The notes under the pieces are model-generated. The model was given only the letters and a program-made list of their open reading frames with translations. It ran no database searches and was not told the DNA's origin. Position numbers and translations under genes: made by a program. Source: Bugula neritina (taxonomy: Eukaryota; Animalia; Bryozoa). From it: DNA of 64,000 nt. Shown here one piece after another: positions 1-10,493 of this stretch (position 1 is the stretch's first letter; the number at the start of each line of letters is the position of its first letter). The DNA is taken from NCBI GenBank assembly GCA_964035545.1, contig OZ037770.1:12204642-12268641 (forward strand), written 5' to 3'.

Positions 1-257
1 AAAAAGACCAAATAAAGTTTTTTGAAATGATATTCAATCATGTAGGATTAGAAATGACATCAGAGAGAAGAAAGTTGATTGACTATGCTCTGAGTGAAGA
101 CAGTCAGAAGGGCACCCCAGCTGATCAGACAATCATTGCTGATGTTAGGACTGAAATAACACCAGCAATGATAGATGAAGCTAACTACTTTCTAAGATAC
201 TATGGTTTACCAAACTGGGGTGAAGCTATACTTCTACCTAAAACACTTGAGTACTGA
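1..257 (+). CDS. 3' end (last coding exon, truncated by window edge) of a sulfotransferase-family-like protein
   Basis: Frame is open from the window start (KDQIKFFEMIFNHVGL...EDSQKGT...LEY*). The 'IF.H/F.GL' segment followed by 'DSQ.GT' resembles C-termini of invertebrate sulfotransferase-domain proteins (from memory). AATAAA near 634. Confidence 0.5.
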   Translation, partial: KDQIKFFEMIFNHVGLEMTSERRKLIDYALSEDSQKGTPADQTIIADVRTEITPAMIDEANYFLRYYGLPNWGEAILLPKTLEY

Positions 258-987
258 TTTGTGCAGAATTTATTTCAAACTTAAAGATAACGTAGTGTTA
301 GCGAATACTGCTACTGATTTTTGTTGGGTAGTTACTAAACAAATATAGATTACAGTTGTTCAATTATTTTGGAAAACATGTAACTTTGTTCGACTTTTTT
401 TCAAGAATTTATTCAATTATTTCATACAACATTTATATCATGTAAAAACAATATAATATAACGCAATAGTTTACATGGAATAGCAACTGCTTATATAACA
501 TTACCAGCAACCTAGATTATGATTTTTGTCGATGTGGGTTTTGTTATCCGTGTATAGTTTCAATCTTCTTCATAGAAATTTATTCTAATTCAAGTTCATA
601 TAGTTTTAATTTTAAAGTTGTAACTGAGTGGCAAATAAAACGAAATTGCAGTATTAAAAAATGATTAAAGTCATAATTCAAAAGCTTATCAACAAATTAA
701 TCACAAAGTTTTAGAAATCATTTGAATAGCTCTAAAATTTTTATCTTTTTGCCTACAAGTTGTGGACTTTCTTCTAACAGCTCATGGCACATCCTTTTGT
801 TAAAAATTCATTTGGTAGCCTCAGAGCATGAATAAGAATATCCTTCTATAACTGAGTCAGTGTTCTAACCTGATCCCTATTGTCAATATTATATTAAAGG
901 GAATAGTCCTTATGACCTTATTCATGCTGAGGTTGGAAGGTTCAATCCACACAGCCAGGCACTTCAGTGCAATATAAATCTATGATT

Positions 988-1142
988 GTAGCACTGGCTT
1001 AGTAAACACAGTAAAGGCCATCAGTTAATGTTAGGAAGGGAAGTCTAATATGATTGCTTCGTTGCACACTAGAAAACAAACCCCTCGGCTGCTTTAAAAA
1101 AACCTTCTATTAAGCTTTCCCACAGGGATGACGACTATAAAC
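988..1142 (+). mobile_element. tRNA-derived SINE copy (5' truncated)
   Basis: Shares GCACTGGCTTAGTAAAC, TGTTAGGAAGGG, ATTGCT and a CACAGGGATG..GACTATAAAC end with copies at 3238, 23517 and 51789. Confidence 0.7.
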
Positions 1143-2154
1143 TCACGTGTCCTGCTTGATATGTGCTTAGAATATGCTATTTTCACCTTGTGTTGGCAAT
1201 ACTTGAAGTGTGTTCTCTCTTGATCATCAACTGCCTACCAGCATGCAGTTTACTTCAAATGCAAGTTCTAGCGAAGTATAGGTGAATGTGATCGATGAAA
1301 GAAATAGTGAAAAGTTAGGCAATGCTTTAGTTTTTTTCTTTGTACATTTCTGAGATGAGGGGTTTGTACTTTATTGGTGCGAAACAATGTTGCATTTTCA
1401 GATGATGGTTCTCTTATCCTAATACCAATAAATTATAGAAACTCAATTCAAATTGTAGCCAACCCAAACTATCTATAGATTTAACTCAATGATTAGGGTA
1501 GTTGGTGGTTTACATGTTCATACCAAAGCCTTTGGTACACTAATATCATCCAAATGGAATTTGGATTCACATCAAACCTATTCAATAAATAAAAATATAT
1601 ATTGGAATCACTAGTCACCTTAAAAATTCCAGCATAAATAAATAAAAGCATACAAAAGTGCACGCTGAATAAAAATATTAGCACCAAAGAGATTATCAAT
1701 TTTGTGAGAGACTTGAGATGGGGAAAAAAATTAACATATTATAATTATAATAATAATTTAAGATAAATTCAATGGGGTCAAAGGAGCAGCCATGCCTCAC
1801 AAGAACTTAAAGACACAACACCAAATAGAGAAATAATTGGCAACAACATAAAAAGGTAATCCAATATCTGTGAACCTAAACAGGTGCAAGTATGAGATTC
1901 TGATAAACATAAACCAGGTGACTGAGGATTGCTAACAGAAAACATATCGTACAAAATAAAACCAAATATTAAATTAATAAGCATTAGGTTGACAAAGTTT
2001 TAAGCACCACAAAAAGTATTTGCAAAAATATTTAACATATATTTAACATAAACATAAACATAAACAGCTGTAGACTAAATTCTGAGCACTTAGACATGGT
2101 TCCTATGACATTAGTGGTGCGCAGAGGCTGTGTTAAAAATTCTAGACCATGGGA

Positions 2155-5100
2155 TCACAAATGTTTGAGGTTGAGCTCTAGAAAGGACTGAACTGAGAGA
2201 TTTCCAACTGTTTCCAAAGCCAAGTAGGACTTGAGAGAAGTGGGGAGAGGGAGCTGGTGGTACAGGTCTGCAGAGATGCTAGCCCCAACTAATTCTCGTA
2301 TAACCAGTCTGCAAAGTTGCTTCAACGTCGGAGGAGTGTGCATGTACTCTCTTAGCAGTGTGTCAGAGGTTCTCAGATCTGCAGTCAAAAAGTCATAGAA
2401 TATTGCTAGAAGCAGCACCGAGTTGGGGGTTACTGAGTACAGTAGAGTACAGTATTCGCGTACATATCGTCTGAAATGCAACTCCCCTGGCACGCCAATA
2501 CACTTGGTAACCACCAACTTGGTGCTGCTTCAAGCAACTTCCTAGAATATAATATGCTAATTTGGAATCGCTAGATGCAGCACAGTGCTTGGGGTCAGTG
2601 ACTGACCAAATGCCAAACATCTGCACGCAGTGACCCAGAACTTTGTGCTGCATCTATGACTGCTCCTTAGTCCTCACCATCACTGTCCCTGCAAGAACAG
2701 TGATGGTAACGAGACTATTGACTATTGCCCCCAACCAGCAGCACTACAGTATGGTTTTAGGGCTTTTCAAAGTACTTCTTATTGGATACTCTTCCTAACA
2801 TAATCAGCATGAGCAAAGAACTAAAGATTCTTGTTACAGCTACTCTCTTATCCTTAACAACAGCATAGAAAGGCGTCAAAATTTAAAACGTTCTTTCATA
2901 TTGAATTTGTATAAAACTTTCCGTCATATTGAATTTGTATAAGCTGTGATAGTTACTGAAAACACGTTCCCAATAACAAACTCTTTGGCATCAAATGGCC
3001 TATAAATACAATACAGGGTTTATGCTGGGTTGTGCTGGCAGCTCTACTTAGAGAGAAAGGTCAGCAAATAAGAAGACACAGAGTGATGGATGAACCTACC
3101 TTTGAAACAGCCCAAATCTAGAACTATAGCCATGAATTCTACCAGACAATCTAAAAAAAATTTACATGACGTTATATCTTACATTGTCATACGCACTAGG
3201 GCTTGGACTAATATTATATAACAGTATACTTATTAGAGTTAGAGCACTAGCATAGTAAACAGGAGGTCATTAGTTGAGTCCAAACACCAGGTGATGTTAG
3301 GAAGAGCATCCAGTCATAATTGCTCCTGTGCCACATATAAATAAGTACTTAGCCTGATTTAACAAAACTCCTTTCCATCAGGGTTTCTTACAGGGATGGT
3401 GACCTATATGAGTTTATACATAATAATATACTTACTACAGGTATATCATATGATATTACACTTACTATTGCTATAATTAGTTAATCTGATTATTTAAAAC
3501 TTCACTTTTGCAAACTTCATTTTCTCAAATTTATTGCAAATTAAAAAAAACACAAATTACTTTAGTTAGTAAAGATAACCCAAGTTACGAAAGACAACTC
3601 CCAAATTTACTCATTTCTTTATAACTTACATGCAATACTAGGGTCTTGAAGAGCAAACTGGGCCAGGTTTCTCGCAAGCAGACGTACAGGGTGGGTTTTG
3701 ATGCCACCCGTTACCTTCAGCAGGTATGTGAAAATAGGGCCGTAGTCAGGACTCAGACTAACACTGGAAATAAAATGTTGACCATCTCTTTCACTGAGTT
3801 GAGCTCCGTGTTTTATCAACACTTCAACACAGTCCAAATGCTCTACAAAATTCAGATTGTCAAAAATTTAGAAATAGCAAACAGTAGGATCAAATTATAT
3901 CCCTCAAGAGTAAGGCCATAGCAAACTCTTTTCTGAATAATGATGATCAACAAAAAGAGCAGATAACTCCAGGAAGAGAGCAAAAGTGAGCAGAAAGAAA
4001 TTAGGTGGGGCAGAGAGGGAGTGCAGAGAGATAGCCTAGGTTCTAGCATACTCACTTTTCTCCATAATCTTGGTGAGGGGGGTCCACAGGGCCTGATTTC
4101 CTATGTTAACATCTGCTCCGGCTTCACACAGGATTCTAATAAGTCTACATCTACCTTCACAGCAGGCCAGCATCAGAGCCGTGTTACCTGCAGAATAATA
4201 GTCTCAGACTATAAAATTTTACCTACAGAGTAATAATTTCAAACTATAAAGTGTTACCTGCAGAGTTATAGTCTCAGACTATAATGTGTTACCTGCAGAG
4301 TAATACTCCTAGACTATAAAATAGTTGATACGGAAAAATAATAGTTAGATAAGAGACTTTTGCTGATGTTAACTAAATCATTTCCTCTACATGCAATTAG
4401 AATAAACTGACACCCTAAGTTACGACAGCAAGTGTTTATCATTCAAAAAATAAAGAAGGCTCTAATAGTACACTATTACAGAAAGAAAAGGTAAAATTTG
4501 AAATGAAAAAAGACGGTCATCAACAATTTACAAAATTACTTAAAATATTGCTGTCGATATATTTTAAAAAAACTCTACAAGTACACATGGCTGAAATTAT
4601 TCATCCAAAAGACTGTTAGTTACAACACAACTAACGGTTTTCCTTCATTTATAGAATGGGGGCAACAACTCCAGGGTGAGATCTTATTATAAAACTTTTT
4701 GAAGATTGGAGCTTTACTATAGCAAAATAAATACATTTATTAGATTAGCAAGCTAAAAAAATTCGAACACTAAAATGAGCTATGCATAGCAGCTTACCAA
4801 AATCATCTTGAATGTCACAGTTGGGGTTAGCGGTCAGCACTAAATCTAAACAGAACCCTGATTGGGCGGCTTGATGCAGTGCTGTACATCCGTGCTCATC
4901 TTGCTCATTTATGTCCACCCCTTCCTAAAAATTAGGTTTCTTTAAAACAGGCAACAGTTTTTTACAAACAGCATGAAGTATAAATTACTTCCACTATAAA
5001 AAAAACTTTAGCATAGCACAATTACGTGCATGAAGAAAATTTAAACAAAGTTTGTTGTGATTTAATTTGGGTTGCCAGCTATAGGACACACAAAAGAAAG

Positions 5101-5452
5101 CAGCAATGGTGGAGCGGTTAAAGTGCTGATCAAGCGCTAGATGATAGGTTTAAATATTGGCAGGGTCATTTGGTGATGTTTCGAATGGTATTCAGTCACA
5201 ATTACCCTGAGCTACTTTTAAAGGTTACAAACCATGTTGCCAGTATGTTGAGAGGTACATTTATAAACCCTTATCACCATAGAATTTTACACAGATATCG
5301 ACAATAAAGTGACAGAAACTTTTTATGTAGGTCATGCAGAAATACAATCATTATATGCTGACCTGGATTAGTTTAGTGATCATGTCATATTTTCTGTTGT
5401 GTAAAGCATATTTCATTTTTAACCGAGAATGCGATGGGCATGTTGTACTCAT
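2155..5452 (-). CDS. Ankyrin repeat and SOCS box (ASB-family) protein, 278 aa, 6 coding exons
   Basis: join(5363..5452,4798..4924,4056..4187,3630..3842,3100..3150,2155..2378), all GT-AG and phase-consistent (837 nt). Ankyrin motifs DINEQDEHGCTALHQAA, GNTALMLACCEG, GADVNIGN, HLDCVEVLIKHGA; C-terminal SOCS box PPTLKQLCRLVIRELV...LPLPTSLKSYL. Confidence 0.88.
3238..3408 (+). mobile_element. tRNA-derived SINE copy
   Basis: GTTAGAGCACTAGC head, GATGTTAGGAAGAGCATCCAGTCATAATTGCTCCTGTGCCAC core, CAGGGATGGTGAC tail; similar to the other copies. Confidence 0.75.
4181..4320. repeat. 35-bp minisatellite x4 overlapping an ASB splice acceptor
   Basis: Units start at 4181, 4216, 4251 and 4286; consensus GTGTTACCTGCAGAGTAATAGTCTCAGACTATAAA. 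Confidence 0.9.
5099..5270 (+). mobile_element. Diverged SINE copy
   Basis: tRNA-like head AGCAGCAATGGTGGAGCGGTTAAAGTGC and degenerate core GGTGATGTTTCGAATGGTATTCAGTCACAATT. Confidence 0.45.
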
Positions 5453-5672
5453 TCTAAAAAATGTTTAGGATTATAAGTAGATTGTTTGCGTTGAAAATTT
5501 TAATTCCTAGCTTCAAAGACATATATATACTTTTTAAAAATATGTTTGAATATACATTTTTTGCAAGTCATAAGTGTTAAGACGAAGTAGGTCAAAAAAT
5601 TAAATCGGTTTTAAAATAAATAATGCCAATCATCTTCACTATGCAGATGCTGACTATTACTATCATAGTGAC

Positions 5673-5868
5673 TGTTGTATTCTTACCTTCGTATGATGAT
5701 GTGAACGTTGCAGTCAATGACAAGTACGTTACTAGTAGTAAAATAAGAATTTAAAAGTATTTCTATGGCTGGCCAGCCGAAACCTAAACTTGACTTCTAA
5801 CATTCGAAATCTCGCTTCTGCCCCGCTGGGGGTATATCCGGTGTGACATTGTAACACTAAACACAACA
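5673..5868 (-). repeat. 3' LTR
   Basis: Identical by eye to 10298..10493; TGTTG...CAACA termini. Confidence 0.97.
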
Positions 5869-5879
5869 TCCTCCCTCTC
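5869..5879 (-). promoter_or_regulatory. Polypurine tract
   Basis: GAGAGGGAGGA on the minus strand, abutting the 3' LTR. Confidence 0.85.
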
Positions 5880-6084
5880 AACAAAGAACGGTGATAACCC
5901 GTGTAAAATAAACGTAACATCCTTTACCAGTAATATGACAGTAACAGTGAAGATGAACATGGAAAGAAATAAAATAAAAAATAACATATATGTGTAGAAT
6001 CTCCAAAGAAGACAGGATAATAAGAGCTAACTGACTGAGTGTAGTAAAACAAACTATGTACAAAGTAAGGAGTATCAAAGCCTC

Positions 6085-9000
6085 CTAGTTCATATCAAAA
6101 TCTTTAAATCTTGATGGAAGCACCCCTCTACTGGACCTAACACCTCGCCTACCGATAGGGGGGACAACACTGCGAGTTGGGGTAACTGCTTTAACTTCCT
6201 GGTCTGACACAACTGGTGTTGGAAGATTGGGGTTTGGTAGCTCTTCAGTATCCGTTGGGCTAGAAGAGTCCAGCTCGGAACTAGGACGAACAATCGTGTT
6301 ATTGGGTTTCAAATGAACTCGATTTCTCCTTAGGATTCGAGACCCATTATCAACGAGGTATGACCTCGGTGCACCATGATGTCCAACCACACATCCAGGT
6401 GTCCAGATCTTTTCTGGACCAGCTCTCATAAATACTTCAGAGCCTAGGGGTAAATTGGGTAGTTCCTTTGTCCGCTGATCGTAATATGCTTTAGCTGTCT
6501 GTTGTCTTGCTTTGAGAGCACCAGTGGAATTTACTGCACTTGGAGTCAGGAATGCGGTAGTCGTCGGGAGTCCAGTTCTCAAATTCCTGCTGAAAAGCAT
6601 CTCTGCTGGACTATATAGACAACCACTCAGTGGTGTCTCTCTGTAGACTAGTAGAGAGTGATACACATCAACCTGAGACTGTTCACACTTCCTTAAAAAC
6701 TGCTTCACAGTCTGAACATACCGTTCAGCAAGACCATTTGACTGATGATGGTGTGGACTGGAGGTAACAATATCAAAACACCAATCCTTACCAAACTGTT
6801 TCATCACATGACTTGTAAAGGGCATATTGTCCGCCATAATGGATTTGGGCACGCCATGAATTGAAAATATGGATTTCAGGGCCATGACAACATGTTCTGC
6901 AGTTTTTCCACCTAATAAACGTAGTTCGGGAAAGTGTGACATGCAGTCAACTACTAACAAGTAGTCCTGACCACGAAACTGCATTATATCCATGGCTACA
7001 GTGTACCACGGCAATGTGGGCGTGTCATGAGGCATAAGTGGCTCCTTTGACTGCCTGTTCGCAAACATAGCACACTCACTGCACAGGCTAACCTTTGAAT
7101 AGATGTCCTGATTCAGTCCCGGCCAATAAACAGACCTACGGGCTCGCTCTTTACACTTCTGTATTCCCAAATGTCCCTGGTGAATCTTGTTCAACATTTC
7201 TTTTCGTGCACCAACCGGAACAACTAGGCGCTCACCTATGAAAAGAAAACCACCAGCTTCATATAGTTCATCTCTTACCAACCAATAGGGTTGTAGGTTG
7301 GCAGGTGCATGACTACGATGCGTCCAGTCCCAACCCTCTTGGCACGCCTGCTTGAGATCCGACATTGTTGTGTCATCCGAATACGCCGTACTCAACCAGT
7401 CACTCATCTCACTTGCAACCTCCAGCGAGTGAACCATCACTACTTCATCCTCCAGGTCAGCTTGGGTCGACGGAGTCTTAGTGCTATACGCTCTAGACAG
7501 AGTGTCAGCAAGATAGAGATATTTCCCTGGGACATAGGTGACCTGGGCTACTTCATAACGTTGTAATCTCAGGAGCAGTCGTTGTAGCCGTGGAGATGCT
7601 TTATGTAAAGGTTTCTTCATTATAGATAACAAGGGACTGTGATCAGTCTGTAGTGCTATAGGACGACCATAAACATAGCTATGGAAGTACTCACAGCCAA
7701 AGACCATAGCTAGTAACTCTTTATCAATTTGGGGATAATTGATCTCAGCACTGGTCAGGGCCCGAGAGCCATAGGCTACAGGCCTACCCTGCTGTAGTAG
7801 CACAGCACCAAGCCCAGACTTAGAGGCATCTACTTGGAGATTTACCGGCTTGTTTACATCAAAGTACTTCAAAACACTGTCATTCATGAGAACACTTCTG
7901 ATATTGGCCATGGCTGATTGCTGTTCTGGACCCCAGAACCAATCCACATCCTTCTTCAAAAGGCATCTGAGAGGTTCAGTAATTGTGGACATATTCGGGA
8001 TGTAGTTCCTAAGAAAGTTGACTGTGCCCAACAGCCGTTGTACACCATTTCTGTCTGTGGGTTCAGGCATGTCTGCAATAGCTGACACCTTGTTTGGGTC
8101 AGGCTTTAGACCATCTACGGACACAATATGCCCAAGGTAGTTGACTTCTTGCCGATTGACTTGAATTTTTTCTTTGTTAAAACGCACATTGCACTCCCGG
8201 GCTCTCTGCAATACTTTGTGGAGGTTATTGTCATGTTCCGCCTGCGTGCGACCGGCCACAATTAGGTCATCAAAGTATATGGAGACCGCTAGATCACCAA
8301 AAATCTGTTCGACACGTTTTTCGAACACTTCGGCAGATGAGTGAAGGCCAAATGGTAGTCTTTTATAGCAATATCTGCCAAATGGCGTGTTGAATGTAGT
8401 GAGAAGACTACTTTCAGGGGATAGGCGGATATGCCAATAGCCATGCTTCATATCCAGAATAGTAAAGTGTTTCATGCCATTAAACCTGAATGCAATATCC
8501 TCCAAAGTAGGAATTTTATGATGTTCACGTCGAACTGCACGATTTAAGTCTTTTGGGTCCAGACATATGCGCACAGAACCGTCTCTCTTTTCGACACAAA
8601 CCATACTATTTACCCACATGGTTGGTTGATCTACTTTCCTGATAATGTCGACAGACTCCATCCGCTCCAGTTCACTTTTAACACGATCCATCATGCTAAG
8701 GGGCACACGCCTTGGTGGGTGAATCACTGGTTTTATAGACGCGTCTATCGATATATTATGTTCACCATCCAAGCACCCAATCCCTTCAAAAACATCAGGA
8801 TATTCGGCCAGGATGTCTGCCGGAGTTATTTCATTAACTCTTTGCACAATTTTTAGTAACTCACATGCCTCTAAACCTAAAATCGGTGCTAGATTATTGG
8901 GAACCACCTCAAATCTCAAATTATAGCTCATGTCCGAATAAGGAAGACTCACAGGCAGTGTTACACAGCCTGATGTCTGTATGCTAGACCTGTTGTACCC

Positions 9001-9183
9001 CAGGAGTCGGACCTTGGATGGTTTTATTTCTACACCCAATTTATTGGCCATCGCTTCAGTTACAGTATTTGTTTCGGCTCCTGTGTCAACTTTGAAAGAA
9101 TTTCTTTCACTGTCCTTCAACTTGACATCCACAAACCACGACTTCTTAGCCTCGACTGTCTCTACCATTCCGATAAACAAGAT
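6085..9183 (-). CDS. pol: Pol polyprotein (aspartic protease, reverse transcriptase, RNase H, integrase)
   Basis: FKVDTGA protease; RICLDPKDLN / LPFGL / YFDD RT; QVDASKSGLGAVLLQ RNase H; HQGHLG...CSEC and D-D-E (MDI, ADNMPF, AERYVQ) integrase. Uninterrupted >1030 codons, in frame with gag after one TAA. First ATG at 9168. Confidence 0.96.
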   Translation of the reverse strand: MLFIGMVETVEAKKSWFVDVKLKDSERNSFKVDTGAETNTVTEAMANKLGVEIKPSKVRLLGYNRSSIQTSGCVTLPVSLPYSDMSYNLRFEVVPNNLAPILGLEACELLKIVQRVNEITPADILAEYPDVFEGIGCLDGEHNISIDASIKPVIHPPRRVPLSMMDRVKSELERMESVDIIRKVDQPTMWVNSMVCVEKRDGSVRICLDPKDLNRAVRREHHKIPTLEDIAFRFNGMKHFTILDMKHGYWHIRLSPESSLLTTFNTPFGRYCYKRLPFGLHSSAEVFEKRVEQIFGDLAVSIYFDDLIVAGRTQAEHDNNLHKVLQRARECNVRFNKEKIQVNRQEVNYLGHIVSVDGLKPDPNKVSAIADMPEPTDRNGVQRLLGTVNFLRNYIPNMSTITEPLRCLLKKDVDWFWGPEQQSAMANIRSVLMNDSVLKYFDVNKPVNLQVDASKSGLGAVLLQQGRPVAYGSRALTSAEINYPQIDKELLAMVFGCEYFHSYVYGRPIALQTDHSPLLSIMKKPLHKASPRLQRLLLRLQRYEVAQVTYVPGKYLYLADTLSRAYSTKTPSTQADLEDEVVMVHSLEVASEMSDWLSTAYSDDTTMSDLKQACQEGWDWTHRSHAPANLQPYWLVRDELYEAGGFLFIGERLVVPVGARKEMLNKIHQGHLGIQKCKERARRSVYWPGLNQDIYSKVSLCSECAMFANRQSKEPLMPHDTPTLPWYTVAMDIMQFRGQDYLLVVDCMSHFPELRLLGGKTAEHVVMALKSIFSIHGVPKSIMADNMPFTSHVMKQFGKDWCFDIVTSSPHHHQSNGLAERYVQTVKQFLRKCEQSQVDVYHSLLVYRETPLSGCLYSPAEMLFSRNLRTGLPTTTAFLTPSAVNSTGALKARQQTAKAYYDQRTKELPNLPLGSEVFMRAGPEKIWTPGCVVGHHGAPRSYLVDNGSRILRRNRVHLKPNNTIVRPSSELDSSSPTDTEELPNPNLPTPVVSDQEVKAVTPTRSVVPPIGRRGVRSSRGVLPSRFKDFDMN

Positions 9184-10029
9184 TTAAAGATTTTTATCCA
9201 GCACTTCTTCTCCAGTCTCGACTCCAACGGCATGAACGAGCTTTTTTGGGCATCGTTTTTCAAAGTGATTTAAACCATGACAACTGTTGCACTTTTTGCC
9301 ATATGCCGGACATTTGCCGTAGACATGTTCATACGAACAGAATCTGCATTTTATCTTCTTGTCAGTGGTAAGTCCACCCTTGTGAATGGGTTTGTTGACA
9401 ACAGTGGCAACCTGTCTCATCGCTAAACTAGACTTATCCCCATCAGCAATCAGGCTCAGCTGTGCTTCAGTCATCTCAGTAGCCCGAATATCCTCTACGG
9501 CTTTTTCTAAAGTCATCGTGTTGTCACGAAGTAATCTTTCCTTCAGCTTTACAGATGTCAAACCAAAAACGATACGACATAGCAACATCTTTGACTTCAC
9601 ACCGTCTGGAAAGTCACACCGCGATGCCTGTGACTTGAGTCGCTTTAAATATACATCTATAGGCTCACTTTCAGTCTGCGACATCGACCAGAACACAAAC
9701 CACTCATAGAGCTCATTTTTTCTCGGGTTACAATATGTATCAAACATATCCAGTACATCACTTAGTACCGTCTTACTTTTCCCAGCTGGGGCCTCCAACT
9801 GTGAGAAAATCTCATTGGTCTCGTCGCCAGCAATATGCAGAAACATTGCTATCTGCCTCCGGGATATGGCTGCATTGCCGGCAGGTTCAGGGTCTGTGGG
9901 ATTCGCTTTGGGAGTTAGAACTACATCAATAGCCATCAAATAATTTTCAAAATTTCTGCGGAATCGTTTCCAGTTCTCCGACACATTGCCCTCAAAACAC
10001 ATCCCAGAAGGCTGTCTGAGACCATCCAT
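9184..10029 (-). CDS. gag: Gag with tandem zinc knuckles
   Basis: ATG at 10029 (MDGLRQPS...GNVSENWKRF); SQTESEPIDVY major-homology-like region; CRFCSYEHVYGKC and CNSCHGLNHFEKRC knuckles; ends at TAA 9186-9184. Confidence 0.93.
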   Translation of the reverse strand: MDGLRQPSGMCFEGNVSENWKRFRRNFENYLMAIDVVLTPKANPTDPEPAGNAAISRRQIAMFLHIAGDETNEIFSQLEAPAGKSKTVLSDVLDMFDTYCNPRKNELYEWFVFWSMSQTESEPIDVYLKRLKSQASRCDFPDGVKSKMLLCRIVFGLTSVKLKERLLRDNTMTLEKAVEDIRATEMTEAQLSLIADGDKSSLAMRQVATVVNKPIHKGGLTTDKKIKCRFCSYEHVYGKCPAYGKKCNSCHGLNHFEKRCPKKLVHAVGVETGEEVLDKNL

Positions 10030-10286
10030 GACTATCAAACAACGGACAAATTCACAAATAACAAAAAGAAAACCACCACAATACTAAACTCAAACTGCAA
10101 CCATCAAAAGAGCCGCAAGTTCAACATAAAAAGAAAAAACAAACACAAAACTTCAGGCAGAACAACAGCAAGTATCAAACAAACAATTCAAATCACTGGA
10201 AGAGTAGAGAAAAGCCGTCAATGAATTGATTGCTCACAACCAGTGAATCATATAATCAGACTTAATCTGCAGCTGAAGTTAGTACG

Positions 10287-10297
10287 CGCTGCCACCA
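10287..10297 (-). promoter_or_regulatory. Primer binding site, tRNA-Leu type
   Basis: TGGTGGCAGCG directly after the 5' LTR; complementary to the CGCTGCCA-CCA 3' end of animal tRNA-Leu. Confidence 0.8.
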
Positions 10298-10493
10298 TGT
10301 TGTATTCTTACCTTCGTATGATGATGTGAACGTTGCAGTCAATGACAAGTACGTTACTAGTAGTAAAATAAGAATTTAAAAGTATTTCTATGGCTGGCCA
10401 GCCGAAACCTAAACTTGACTTCTAACATTCGAAATCTCGCTTCTGCCCCGCTGGGGGTATATCCGGTGTGACATTGTAACACTAAACACAACA
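10298..10493 (-). repeat. 5' LTR
   Basis: Identical by eye to 5673..5868. Confidence 0.97.

Larger units (their letters stand above)
5673..10493 (-). mobile_element. Full-length Ty3/Gypsy LTR retrotransposon, Mag-like clade (4821 bp)
   Basis: TG...CA LTRs of 196 bp; 5-bp TSD GTGAC (5668-5672, 10494-10498); PBS; PPT; gag with two zinc knuckles; pol order PR-RT-RH-IN. 5-bp TSD, short LTRs, tRNA-Leu PBS and paired CCHC motifs fit the Mag lineage. Confidence 0.97.

Noticed and set aside
2379-2653. ORF-track extensions 2155..2517 and 2393..2653 as ASB coding sequence
   Set aside because: Only the acceptor at 2379-2381 gives a phase-compatible, stop-free join; the upstream part is intronic hairpin sequence.
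9180-9195. TTTAAAT / AAAAATC as a -1 frameshift site between gag and pol
   Set aside because: pol is in the same frame as gag, so a -1 shift would leave the pol frame.
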